Shown in pieces: positions 25,133 through 37,196 of a stretch of DNA of 64,000 nt. Position 1 is the stretch's first letter. Each line of letters opens with the position of its first letter. Under the pieces are notes generated by a model. It saw only the letters and a program-made list of their open reading frames with translations, was not told the DNA's origin and made no database searches. The DNA comes from Eutreptiella sp. 'Long Island Sound 2002' (lineage: Eukaryota > Protista > Euglenida). The DNA lies in contig OZ038378.1 in assembly GCA_964036045.1 (NCBI GenBank), forward strand, positions 156,178,001-156,242,000, written 5' to 3'. Position numbers and translations under genes: made by a program.

Positions 25133-25966
25133 TTGATAAATGGAGAGGAGAACGCGCCTGTTACCTTCGCACGAACTCGCATGTTGAATATTTTGATATC
25201 GTATCAGAGCGCCTCACCTCGTGCTTGACACGGTTACACTATCCTAGGTCAGTGTTTGAACCCCTGGCTCTTTCGTGGTCAATGAAAGCCCAATACATGG
25301 TGAGAAAACCAAAACAAGCCAGTCAGTCCATACATGTGGTGCGTGCGCCCTTTCATGCCTCTTTGGACTTTTCCCTTGGCCATTTGCTTTATTGGATGCA
25401 AACCAAATTGAAGCCCCACATACCCCATTTGCGGTTGTTTGTGACTTACAAGCCATTGCCCAATATGAGGAAGGTGTTGTAGCGCCTTGCTTTGAACACG
25501 CTGAGGAGGTCCGGGGAGGGTGGGTGGGAGGATAATTTTTTCCATCGAGATCTCTCTGGAAATGATTCTTTTACCCAGGACCCAACTGCTTGTGATTTAT
25601 TGTTGGTGGGCCAGCGCTAATTAAATTTGTTGGGAGCACATGCGTGTCGCCGTTGGTCTCGTGCACGTAGCGCTTTGTCTCGACTGTTTGTCTACTTTTT
25701 GCTGCTGGCGCTTATTTGTCACCGTGATCCGTCATTTTGTATTGGTTGAACCGGCCATGCATGTTTTCCCATCTCTGCACTTTAGTTCCTTTGTGGGCTG
25801 ATGAGGCTGCTGTGTGGCAGCAAAATGCATACCCTGTAGCCGCTCGGCTTTCATTCATCCCGTTCTTTGGTGGCTTGAGGCTTTGCTTTGCTGTTGGGAC
25901 ACGGAGGGCATAGAAGCACAAACTGCGTTTTTTGCGGTTTGAAGCAACATTTCCATTTATCAACGA
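25133..25966 (+). mobile_element. Penelope-like fragment, copy 2 (part of the 1768-bp duplication)
   Basis: Same as 23365-24198 except one noticed substitution; TSD copies at 25109-25132 and 25967-25990. Confidence 0.72.
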
Positions 25967-26849
25967 CGCGCCCGCAGTCCCTGTAGGGTGGAGGTACGTG
26001 CTGCGTGATGTGCCCTCCGCCCCTTGTGCGGTCGCCGCCTATTGAACCTGTCGCTGTGCATTGTGTGCTGTGATCGGTGCTGCACGCACACCTACACCCT
26101 GCCTGCCCTGCGTGCCTTGGCTTGCGTGCCCCGTGCGTTGTGCGCTGTGCCACTGGTGCAGCCCTAGCCTGTGCTGCCTAGTGTTGCTCACTGTGGGTAA
26201 TCCTCTGTGTTGCTTGTGCCCGGAGTTCTGCCTGCCCTGCATCCCCTGTGCACCCTGCCTCCCCTACCACTGCTTGTGGGGGGATTGGGGGGGGCGGGCT
26301 GAGTTAGCATGGGGGCGGGATAGAGGTTTCCCGTCCCCTTGCGCCAACAGTGCAGCTGAAATGCTGCCAAATATCTCCTGCAGCCCCGGGGGAGGGGGGG
26401 GGGGTCGTGTGTCGCCGCGGGCTAGCTTTACGTGCACGTCGTGGCGTGGGCACTGCGTCGCGGTCTGGTGAGGGCGTTGGCTGAGTCAGCCGCCACAGCT
26501 CTGATCTGCGGGGCCGCTGTGGCGGCCGATCTAGCGCCTGCGGCGCTGCGGACGCCGCTCAGGCGTGCCCTAGCCACGCGGACAGCGCGCTCGCCCCTAC
26601 CTGCCTAGCCTCTGGTGCTAGCGCCTGTCGACCAGGTCCCTGTTGCTGCGGGGGGGGGGGGGGGGGTGTCCCGCGCGGCAGCCGCGGCTGATTCCCCAGC
26701 CCGGCTGCAGGCAGTGGCGGCACGATGGCGAGCCGTGCTGCTCACATCGCGCACCAACTGAACCCTTGGCCTCCCCTTGCTGCCGCGGCCGTTGCTCCTC
26801 CGCCCGAGCCATACCCTAGGCGCGCGCTCGCCGCGGCCGGCAGGTGTAG

Positions 26850-28505
26850 GGCAGCAAAGCAGGACCGCAATCCGGGGGGCGGAGAAAGTAGGCCACTAGT
26901 AAGCGCGTAGCTCCACCCGGTCGTATGCGTGCCGGCGTGCGCAGCTGGTCCACACCTCTTGCAGCACCATGTCCGCCCTGGTGGCGAAAAAGGGCCGCGA
27001 CAGCTCCCATATCCATCCCGACGGGACGCCCAGGCGCAATCGCATTGCCGGCACCGCGGGCAGTTCCGGCAGGGGTCCGCACAAGTCTTGCCATGGATAA
27101 CCCTCCTTGCCATGTGACGCCGGGCACCGCGGCAAGAGGGCCTCGCCCTGCCCCAGCAGCCCTAAGCGGGTATGGGCATGACTTGCGGCCAGCACCACAT
27201 TCTGTAGAGGAGCACGTCCACATGCCAGCGGTCCACCCCCGCTGGCAACACCAAGAGCAGCAGGCCCGCACGTCGCAAGCACGCTGGCAACCGCGTCAGG
27301 GGGCCCAGCTGTAATTGCTCCGCTGCTTACTGCCACAACCTAAGGGCGCCACCCTGCTCCAGCTGCCTCCCACGACGGGCAATCCCAGAGGACATGCGCC
27401 TCATCCTCGTGCTGAGAGCCGCAGCTGGAGCAGCAAGAGGTGGCCCACAAGTTGTGCCTGCGCATGAATGGCATGCGGAGTGCCGCGCGGCAGTCCTCCC
27501 CGTCGAGCCCGTCTCCTAGCCCGCCGTAGGTTGCCTGGTGTCGGGCCTCCAGTCCGCGCATGGCATCATAGCGCAAGCTGTCCCGCACCCTGTTCTAGAC
27601 CTGCCGCATGGGCTCCTGCACCAGGTGCAGCCGCTCTGTTTGAGCCTGGCACCACCCAAGACCACCAGCCCTCGAGCGGCTGCCACCCTAGCAGGCGTAC
27701 CATGTGTAGGGAACGCCTAAAAGGCCCAGTCGCTGGGGGCCCGTGGTTGCTCTCCTAGATGGCTTGCATGAGGACCTGTACTGGCCCTGGCGTGCATGCA
27801 TTCCGGGCCATCCATAGTACACGCTCGTAGCAGGTGTGCATGACTGGGGATCACAAAGACCACCTCCTTGGCGCGGGAGAGCCGCCGTCACCCACACCGC
27901 CTGCAGGAGCATGGTCTCCAAGCCCAGCAGTTCCCGGTCCGTCACCGGTGCGACGGCCACCCCGTGCAGTGCCATTGGTGTCACCACGGTGATGGCCGCG
28001 CGCACCCTTTGCTGAAATGCGGGAAGGTGCGGGAGCCGCCGTAGCACACTACACCCTGCGTCCAGGCGCCGCGCCAGCATTAGGCCTGTGCCGCAATCGC
28101 CTCCCACGGCCATATCCTCCCCCAATTGGCGGAAACGTTCCGCCACTGGTATGGGAAGGCCGCGCGGCAATACCGATTGTGCCCCCCCCTCTCTCCTTGC
28201 GACGAGGAGCAAGACTTGTCCACGCGGACATCTTGCGCCGTGAGGGTGAGCCACGCCTCCGTGGTGGGGGTGGTCCATTGGAGGGCCGCCGCGCCCGGCG
28301 CCAGCACCTGGGTGTCGTCGACATAGCCCACCGCCCTGGGGGCCACCAGCCCCCGGCCCTGCACGTGCACCTGCAGCCGTGACTCCAACTCCTCCGTGCA
28401 GTCGCCTCCCTGACTTGCCTCGTCCGACGCACTGTCAGCCTCTACCGTCACCAGGACTGGCGGCAGGGCTACCGTGGCCACCCAAACTTGCTCCCACAGC
28501 TGCAT
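26850..28505 (-). mobile_element. Decayed 5'-truncated LINE (RT C-half, thumb, Zn knuckle)
   Basis: GYVDDTQVL (28080-28505), RFRQLG...MALHGVAVA thumb region (27688-28278), CSSCGSQHEDEAHVLWDCP zinc motif (27340-27588). Multiple frameshifts. Confidence 0.8.
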
Positions 28506-28511
28506 AAACAG

Positions 28512-28945
28512 GTTTGTGCCCTAGCCCCTTCAAAGCTGCCTCACCCCCCCTCTAACACGCAAAAAGGGTGAAAAACACATGAAAAGGGTCTAAAGCATGC
28601 TTTACATGTGATATTCGATCGTTGTATATGAGTGGAATATCAAAGAAATCGGTTTCAAAAATGTTCATTTTTGAGCTGCCAAGGGTGGAAAACGAGATAA
28701 GCAGGTTGTACCCCAGCCCCTGCCCCCGTTCAACACCCAAATAGGGTGAAACACACGTAAAGAAGGTGTAAAACATGCCTGACATGGGATATTTGATTTG
28801 TGCGAATGGTCAAATCGATTTTGGAAAATTCCATTTTTGACACGTGGAAGGTGGAAAACTGCAGAAGCAGGTTGTGCCTCATGCCCCTTGGGACCCCCCT
28901 CCACCCCTCAAAACACCCAAATAGGGTGAAAAACACATTCCTGGA
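28512..28945 (+). repeat. ~180-bp satellite family, right block
   Basis: Three motif copies spaced 178 and 180 bp; homologous to 22740-22985. Confidence 0.8.
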
Positions 28946-30651
28946 GTTGAAACCAACAGACGAGGCGAGGGATAAGGCAAAGCAAGGGACTCGTTCTGAA
29001 AATTCATTTGCAAACAACTATTCTGAGTGCCAAGACCAAACCGGCTGTAAGATTGTTGAAATGAAGCAGGCCCTCTTCAGCATTTGGCTATTTGAAACAT
29101 CAATATTGCAGAATACAAATGGCCTAAAAGTCAGTAAAAGAACACAAACTAAAGCAGGATGCAAATGAAAAAACAAATTGCTATTCTACAGCATTGAGTA
29201 TGTGTTTGGCCAGTTGTTTGTTTTTGAATGCATTCTAGACTCACGCACTAGAACGTGCACAAATTAACATGTTGTCCTGCACTTTGGCTTACCAACCTCT
29301 TTGTATCCCATGATGTTCTATCTGCTATGAAGCGCGTGCATAGTGTATGTCTAGCATGACCCATGTGGTGCCTCCTACTTTGTGGGCGCATTGTGCCTAC
29401 GCCATGGAAGAGGTTAACGTATTCCCCTTTGTCAATAATTCCCCCTCTTCAAAGTGATTGCAAACAAAAATTGCTCACTAATTGTCCACAGTCCCCTCTA
29501 TTGCCCCACTTACCATTGTGCCCCATGGGGCACTTGCATGGCATGTATGGCCCTCTGCCGTTCTACTCTACTTGACTTGCCTTGACTTGACTTCTTGTCG
29601 GTATGTAGTGGGATAGCAGTAGCCTTCAGGTAATAGTTAACGACCAGCAAAAAAACACACACTACTACAAAGGGTGAATGTAGCCTGATGAGTGCAGGCA
29701 TGTTTGCACTAGGCAGAGTGTGGCCCAGCAAACTTCTGTCAATTGCTTAACACACTGCATTTGCCAAACTTGTGCAAAGCAGGTGCTAGCGCCTTAGATA
29801 TTGTTGCAAGGTTGCAAACCATGTGCACTGCTGCAGGGGTGTGCTCCTCTGGTCCAATGCACAAGCATCCTGGCTGGTCCGGTAAAGAACCTCCGGGTTT
29901 TCTAACATTGGATACCATAATTAACCCCCCACCCCCCGGCGCATTTGGGATCACCCTCAAAACTTCACTGCCTGGAAATGACTCGGTGCGAAATCTGTTG
30001 GTGCTGGCAAAGAAGCTGATGACACGGGTGAAAAATGTAAGTCGTGTACAAAAAAGCCGTATAGTCGTGTAATTTTTTTTTTTTGCTGTAAATGCGTGTA
30101 ATTTTTTTTTTTTGCTGTAAGTCGTGTGAATTATAAAAAAAAATTGAATTTTTTTTTTTTGCTGTAAGTCGTGTAATTTTTTTTTTTTTGCTGTAAGTCG
30201 TGTAAATTATAAAAAAAATTGAAAAATTGAAAGAAATCCAACCTTTGCAATACATGCGCAATATGTACAGCTGCCGGTTCCGTACGGCACCCCATAGCGA
30301 CCTTAACGATGGGACGCCGAGTCCACAAAGCACATAGTACTCCGCGTGGCCACCAATTAGTTGGGACTCGGCCAATATAACATAGTTTCACATGTTGTCA
30401 TTGGCACTAGACTCAAAATCAGGCCCAAGAGAAGATTCCTGACAGGGCCATGGCCAACATCCAGTGTGCCTGCACTGGGAACAAAATCAGGCTCAAGAAA
30501 AAGAGTCCCGACAGGGCCATGGCCAACGCTACTGCCACCATTATAGGCCACCAAGGCACTGGCATGGGGCCAATATTATAGCAATCTTATACGCTCCACC
30601 ATTGGTACACCAAACGGCGGAGGAAAATACAACCCACAAAACATGCACCCG

Positions 30652-31700
30652 CTACAAGTAGTTGCAGAATGCACGCTTGTAGATCAAGTCCGTTTTTGTG
30701 TCACCGGACTTGGGCTTTGCACCAGGATTGGCGTTAAGCTGACAAGCGGCGCGCAACTCTGGAACTATCTGCTTGCACAGGCCATCAATGAAAAGCTGGT
30801 CACGCTCCAGCTGGCCAGATGCATCTGCTGGGTAGCCATCCGGCACCTTGCGCCACTCTCCACGGATGAGGACCTTGGGACGGGTGTCCTCCTCCTCGGT
30901 GGGAGTGTCCACGGAAGGTTGCGGCCTGGCCTCCGGGCTTTCCACGCTCTGCTCGGCGGAGGCCTCCTTGCCTTCGAGTGGGGTGGGGGTGGCCTGAACA
31001 CTGTCCTCCTTAGCCGAAAGTGCACCTTCAACTTGGGTGCTGGGGGGGGACTCAGGAGGGCCAGCAAGCTCGATCACGCCCTCCACATCATCACCGGGCG
31101 CTTGAGCGACCCGCACAGCACGATCAGCGTTAACAATGTTGAGCACGTAGTCCACAAAACCGGCACCCATTGGGACAAGGGGCACATTGGAAAAAGTACC
31201 CCGGTGCTCCACCACCTGCTTTGCGATGTTCAAGCTTTGAAAACCACAAGACCAACCGTCCGTTTGGAATCCCAAGGCGCGGTGCTTGGTGGTTCGCGAA
31301 AGCTTCTTCAAGGCCGACAAGAAAGGACGGATCAAATGAGTGGAGCTTAGGGGTTCCCAAACCCAAATAGTGAAAAGCTCCAACCGGACACGACAATCGA
31401 AGGCACACACAAACCAGTGCAACCCTTCCTTGTCATTGGAATTAACCACAAAAATGTGGCGGCGGCACCACCTCATGTTGGTCATTCTTTCGCCGGATTC
31501 AACTCTCTGCATGTACTTGGAGAGTCTCTTGATATATATAACCGCAAGAGTCCACGCACGTGGTTCATCGATTTCATTGTGGCAGACCTCTTGGTTCAAC
31601 CAACACAGGATATCCTTGTCGGTCAACCAATCTCCCACCCCCAAAGGGGTTGTTTCGCTCGGAATGGTGCTCCGAGTACGCCTTTGGGGATTGGGAGGGT
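30652..31700 (-). CDS. Ulp1/SENP (C48)-like cysteine protease with C-terminal SAP-like motif; N-terminus replaced by the 85-bp array
   Basis: WLTDKDI; IFVVN...GLHWF (His); WVWEPL (acidic position); FQTDGWSCG (Gln, Cys). The C-terminal LCKQIVPELRAAC...GDTKTDLIYK resembles SAP/HeH. Confidence 0.75.
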
Positions 31701-31708
31701 CGATAGGG

Positions 31709-32780
31709 GGAGCGGGGGGCAGAATCAGAATTGGCCCACAAGTGGGCAAATTGGCTACCTCACCCCTGCCGTATCGGGGAGCCCCACCGCTGCAGAGCGG
31801 GGGGCAGAATCAGAAGTGGCCCACAAGTGGGCAAATTGGCTACCTCACCCCTGCCGTATCGGGGAGCCCCACCGCTGCAGAGCGGGGGGCAGAATCAGAA
31901 GTGGCCCACAAGTGGGCAAATTGGCTACCTCACCCCTGCCGTATCGGGGAGCCCCACCGCTGCAGAGCGGGGGGCAGAATCAGAAGTGGCCCACAAGTGG
32001 GCAAATTGGCTACCTCACCCCTGCCGTATCGGGGAGCCCCACCGCTGCAGAGCGGGGGGCAGAATCAGAAGTGGCCCACAAGTGGGCAAATTGGCTACCT
32101 CACCCCTGCCGTATCGGGGAGCCCCACCGCTGCAGAGCGGGGGGTAGAATCAGAAGTGGCCCACAAGTGGGCAAATTGGCTACCTCACCCCTGCCGTATC
32201 GGGGAGCCCCACCGCTGCAGAGCGGGGGGCAGAATCAGAAGTGGCCCACAAGTGGGCAAATTGGCTACCTCAGCCCTGCCGTATCGGGGAGCCCCACCGC
32301 TGCAGAGCGGGGGGCAGAATCAGAAGTGGCCCACAAGTGGGCAAATTGGCTACCTCACCCCTGCCGTATCGGGGAGCCCCACCGCTGCAGAGCGGGGGGC
32401 AGAATCAGAAGTGGCCCACAAGTGGGCAAATTGGCTACCTCACCCCTGCCGTATCGGGGAGCCCCACCGCTGCAGAGCGGGGGGCAGAATCAGAAGTGGC
32501 CCACAAGTGGGCAAATTGGCTACCTCACCCCTGCCGTATCGGGGAGCCCCACCGCTGCAGAGCGGGGGGCAGAATCAGAAGTGGCCCACAAGTGGGCAAA
32601 TTGGCTACCTCACCCCTGCCGTATCGGGGAGCCCCACCGCTGCAGAGCGGGGGGCAAAATCAGAATTGGCCCACAAGTGGGCAAATTGGCTACCTCACCC
32701 CTGCCGTATCGGGGAGCCCCACCGCTGCAGAGCGGGGGGCATAATCAGAAGTGGCCCACAAGTGGGCAAATTGGCTACAT
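31709..32780. repeat. 85-bp tandem array (~12.6 highly homogeneous copies)
   Basis: Unit GAGCGGGGGGCAGAATCAGAAGTGGCCCACAAGTGGGCAAATTGGCTACCTCACCCCTGCCGTATCGGGGAGCCCCACCGCTGCA with few substitutions. Confidence 0.97.
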
Positions 32781-33044
32781 AACCCCTGACGCTTTTTTTT
32801 GCTTTTTTTTTCTGCTGTAAATGCGTGTAACAAAAAACCGTCAGGTGGTGTAATTTTTTTTTTTTGCTGTAAGTCGTGTAATTTTTTTTTTTTTGCTGTA
32901 AGTCGTGTAATTTTTTTTTTTTCGCTGTAAATGCGTGTAACAAAAAAACCGTCAGGTCGTGTAATTTTTTTTTTTTCGCTGTAAGTCGTGTAATTTTTTT
33001 TTTTTCGCTGTAAATGCGTGTAACAAAAAAACCGTCAGGTGGTG

Positions 33045-33115
33045 TAATTTTTTTTTTTTGCTGTAAGTCGTGTAAGCCGGCTTACACGACTTACAGCGAA
33101 AAAAAAAAATTACAC
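33045..33115. repeat. Hairpin at the junction of forward and inverted terminal arrays
   Basis: Perfect palindrome gctgtaagtcgtgtaagcc|ggcttacacgacttacagc at 33060-33097, extended by T and A tracts. Confidence 0.9.
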
Positions 33116-34159
33116 GACTATACGGTTTTTTTGTTACGCGCATTTACAGCGAAAAAAAAAAATTACACGAATTACAACATACACATGACACGGAGGCAAT
33201 GATGCTGCAATTGTGAGTAGCCACTCTGACCCACAAAACGACAGCGCCCCCCTACCACACCAGTGCCCTCCTCAAAAGAGAAGGTCACGCAGAAGACACT
33301 AGAAACCAGATGTACTACACAGCCTATATCAGCCTTCATGGACCACTCCACACACAGGAGTTGAAACAAAAAGGGACGGCGGTGTACGGGGGCAGTTAAG
33401 GAGGTTTCATGTACCACTGGGGGATGGTGGGCTTCATTGGCCCCCCAGACATGCACCGTTTGTGATGTATTGGGGTATTGATGTCCGTTGCGGCCTAAGA
33501 ACAAAAACACCGACACGTTGTGCTTTTAGCAATAACTATGCGCATGGCGAGCCAAGCCGCTCGCAGCACTGCTTTCCTTTGCCGCTTAGAGCAAGCTCTG
33601 TGAAAAAAGGGGGTGTACGGCCAACCTTGCCGGCGCATACCAGAAAAGTTTGTTGGAGTAATTGGAAAAGGCAACAGCTAAAGCAGGCGGCGCGGACGTC
33701 GGGACCCTAGGGGTGCTTGTCAACACAATGGTTGCATAACGAGCTGGGCCGCCGCTAGCGTATGCTGAGCGTGAGTGCAAATGGCCTTGGTGACCGTCCT
33801 AGGCCCACGTCAGATGAGTTGGAGAATGAACGTGGCCTGAGTGAAACAATGTTTCAATGGTTGCGGCACTTTTTCAGTGCCTACGCTGGGAAAGAGAAAC
33901 ACACCGCCAACAACGCAAACAACGACAAACGACAAAGTACAGCGAAGCCCCTAATGGACCTCGCAAGCAACCTCATTTTGATGCAGATCCTTTACCGCAG
34001 GAAGTCTTCATAGTGCCAGCGCAGTTTCTCGGCGCGTGGCCTGTGAATTGCACTATACGAAACGCATAGCAAGCGCAAATAGCACACGGCGAAGACATCT
34101 GACAATTTGCTTTCCCGCATTGACATCGGGCTGCTAAAACAAAAGCGGACATGAACCCA

Positions 34160-34572
34160 TGCCGAAAATGGGTTTTTTTCATCTCGTGAGCCCGGCAGGG
34201 CACTTCAAGTACACACCCCCCCTAATTTGAGGGTGCTGAATTCAATTATCAGCCTAATTCTCATCAACCAAGCGCTGGGACATCCCAAAATGCGTTTTTC
34301 AGGGTGCAGACCGACAGAATTTCCGTTTATCCAACCCTCCCCCCCAAACGGTGCCGAAAATGGGTTTTTTCATCTCGTGAGCCCGGCAGGGCACTTCAAG
34401 TACCGACCCCCCCTAATTTGAGGGTGCTGAATTCAATTATCAGCCTATTTCTCATCAACCAAGCACTGGGACATCCCAAAATGCGTTTTTCAGGGTCCAA
34501 ACCGACAGAATTTCCGTATATCCAACCCTCCAACCCCAAACGGTGCCGAAAATGGGTTTTTCACCTCGTGAC
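34160..34572. repeat. 192-bp tandem repeat (~2.1 copies)
   Basis: TGCCGAAAATGGGTTTTT at 34160, 34352 and 34544. Confidence 0.92.
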
Positions 34573-35268
34573 CCCCGCAACTCAGGTTCCCATCCCCCGG
34601 CCTACCTTTGCGACTACCGACCCCAGGGCTGGTTACAGACCCCCCCCCCAGCCTGAAACCATGCACGTACATCCCATCCCCCCCCCTTTCTTTGTTCTTG
34701 TCCTCTCCGTCCCGTCCAAGAGTACATGGGCTAGCGAGCGGATTGGGCCAGATACCGTCCTGCCACGGTAGGCTACGAGGCCCTGTGGATGGTAGATGGT
34801 ATCCCCGACCACGCTGATCCTTGCACGTCACCCTGAGGCTAAGCATGGCAGACACGGTCCCACCTAGGAAGGCTGATGGCCCTAAGGATGGCAGACCGCG
34901 TCCGTGTCGCGCCTCACGGCTAGCCGTGTATTCTTGGCTTCCAAAACTAATCATCCTTACCCATAGGGACTGGTTGGCTCATTGCTTCTGCACCCGAGGG
35001 TACCTGTATGATAATCAGTCCTGCAGCTGGTAATTAGTTTGATGAAGTGAGGGGCTAGGTGGGTAAAGCTCCAAGTGGTGAACGGGAACCGTCGGCGTGC
35101 ATGACCTCCTATGTACATAGAGTGGCCGTCCTTCGATGAACTTCGGCTCGTCACGAACGCTATGCCCGTGATCAGGCCGCTCACTTTGTTGAATTTGCTG
35201 TGTCTCACAAAACAAAAAAAAGCAGACATGAACCCACCGAAGGAATATCCGGTGTTGATCACAATGGA

Positions 35269-35278
35269 CAGCAGCAGC

Positions 35279-35313
<35 letters not shown>
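35269..35313. repeat. (CAG)3(CAA)n microsatellite
   Basis: Direct reading. Confidence 0.95.
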
Positions 35314-35315
<2 letters not shown>

Positions 35316-37196
35316 TTCACAACCGGTTCAGTCTGAGACTCTGGTTGGATACCACACCGCCCTGAGGCTGCATATGATACACTTGTACGCAGTCACTCAC
35401 ATACAACCTGAAGTCCTGCGGGCACTTTTACCTGGGTGCTCTGTGGTCTGAATGCTGGATGAAGTGAACTGAAGTTCGCGATGTGTGGGCTTAGGTGAGG
35501 GCGAGTGGGAGGAGTATGGTGTTAGAGAGGAGCGTGGGAGAGAGAATGGCGGGGGAGAAGTAAGTTATATGGCTGGGTGTGGGCCTTGGATTGTTGATAT
35601 GGGGGGGCGGGGGGGGGCTGGCTCTGATGGAAAGTTTTGAATGCGGAAAAGGGGTCGGGTTTTGGCTTTTTCTTTTTGGGGAGAGGCCTATGGAATGCTT
35701 TTCGTTTTTGGTGCGAGCTGGTTGGTGGTGGTGTGCAACTGGTGTGGGAAAGGTTTGGAATGGACCGCTGTAGGCCCCACGTGGTGGACACGGAGGAGAT
35801 TTCTGATGCACAGGCAATCTGTCGTTGCTGGTTCTCCCGGCTGCAAGGAGAACCGTGAATGTTTGCGTCACATGTGCGTTTGCATTGTTTGATGTGACTT
35901 GTGATGATTAATTCTTAGATTTCTGCAAACTCTCCTGTTCTTAGCTTCATTGCCATAATATTAAATGAACATGAACTCCAAGGATCAATGCCGGATCCAG
36001 AGCCACCGCCGTAGCGTTTAAAACGATCCCGTTGGTGTATCGTGTAGCGTAGGGTTGCGATGGTTGGAGAGTGCACATTTCACTCATACGCCCATGTCAC
36101 ACCGCGAACCATGTTTTTTGACTTTGGAGCGCAAAAACAACATTCCAAGAGCAAAATTTGCCTGATTCTCCTTAGTGTGGGTGAGAGCCGATGGCCAAAG
36201 GGCCCCTGCACCGAGACGCCCGTGAAGGGGAATCGGCACGTGGGTGCCGAGCCTGGACTGGGCGGTCGCGAGTGGACGATGCCCAAGTGCACCTATGAGA
36301 ACCGAGTGGGTACTCTGCCCGTGAGGGTGGGGAGTGGGCCTCGCAAAGGTGGGATTGTCTTGCCGGTGCACCGACACAAGGCCCCGCCTGAAGGGGGCCT
36401 ATCAAACCGCACGGCCAGGTGATGGGGGGGCTGATTAGGCGTCTGTAGGAGCCCGGGGGAACCCAGGTGGTTGCTTGTGAAGGGGACCTTACACCTGGGG
36501 GAACCTATGGCGGAGAAGGAACCCCCCACCGTTGAGTGGCCGCCAAACAAAAAGGGTGACAGCAGGAGGCCACCACTCCGTGCCCGAAAAGAAGTCAAGT
36601 CAAGTCAAGTCTCCTTTGTGTTTCTTTTTAAAAACAAAGAATAATACATTAGGTTTTTTTGACTCTGGAGTGCAAAATCTGCCTTGGAAGTGAGACCCTT
36701 GACTTTCAAGTGCCATGACTTTCGGCACTCTTACAATCTTAGTATTGACTAATAATGATAAATTGGTTTCCTAGCTTTTAACAGAGAACTTCCCGATATT
36801 GACGTTTTTGCAAGTGAAAACTGCCCAGCAGCATAAGGACAGGCTTCAAAACCAGCTGCAAAAGCCAAACTGCGACAGCCAGTTGCCCGGAAGTTGAACG
36901 TGGACAATCGAGGAGGCCGAATCCAAACAATGGGGATGTTGACATTGCTCATTGAACTTGCACCTTGCACACTCTGCATGTGAAATGAAAAACCCTTTTC
37001 ATTCAAATGTTCATGCCAACGAGAACACCATGAACTACATTGTTGGGACAAGAGAACAACAATTGAACTGACAAATGAAGCAGTGAACTTGTGTTGCAGT
37101 GATGACACCCAGATGAACAGCAGGCAATCCGCAAAATTGGATATGGCTAGTATGCTGCACACAGGTTTGGGTTCACCGCATGTAGTGGGATACTTA

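Larger units (their letters stand above)
23025..26560. repeat. 1768-bp near-perfect head-to-tail duplication (23025-24792, 24793-26560)
   Basis: The ORF track repeats at +1768. One mismatch noticed (A23904 vs G25672). AGG at the junctions. Confidence 0.97.
30028..33184 (-). mobile_element. Non-autonomous foldback/Mutator-like (or Zisupton-related) DNA transposon with Ulp1-like cargo
   Basis: TSD ATGACACGG at 30019-30027 and 33185-33193; empty site at 37641-37649. Imperfect TIRs GTG..TGTAA.TCGTGTA. Terminal arrays of GCTGTAAGTCGTGTAA(T)n. No transposase recognised inside. Confidence 0.85.
29571..33482 (-). repeat. Dispersed repeat with (GACTT)n terminus, copy 1, interrupted by the 30028-33184 element
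   Basis: 29571-30027 plus 33194-33482 align to the uninterrupted copy at 37197-37900. Confidence 0.85.

Noticed and set aside
29684-29710. CTGATGA-GTGCA...TGCAC hammerhead-like motif (also ~37307)
   Set aside because: No GAAA after stem II and no stem I/III closure.
31340-32820. 467-aa and 480-aa plus-strand ORFs; superficial CRISPR-like look
   Set aside because: Products of the 85-bp array. Units are contiguous and near-identical, with no unique spacers and no cas genes.
36790-36835. PDIDVFASEN, resembling the DIRS adenine methyltransferase motif
   Set aside because: A stop follows immediately and the downstream PP motif was not found.
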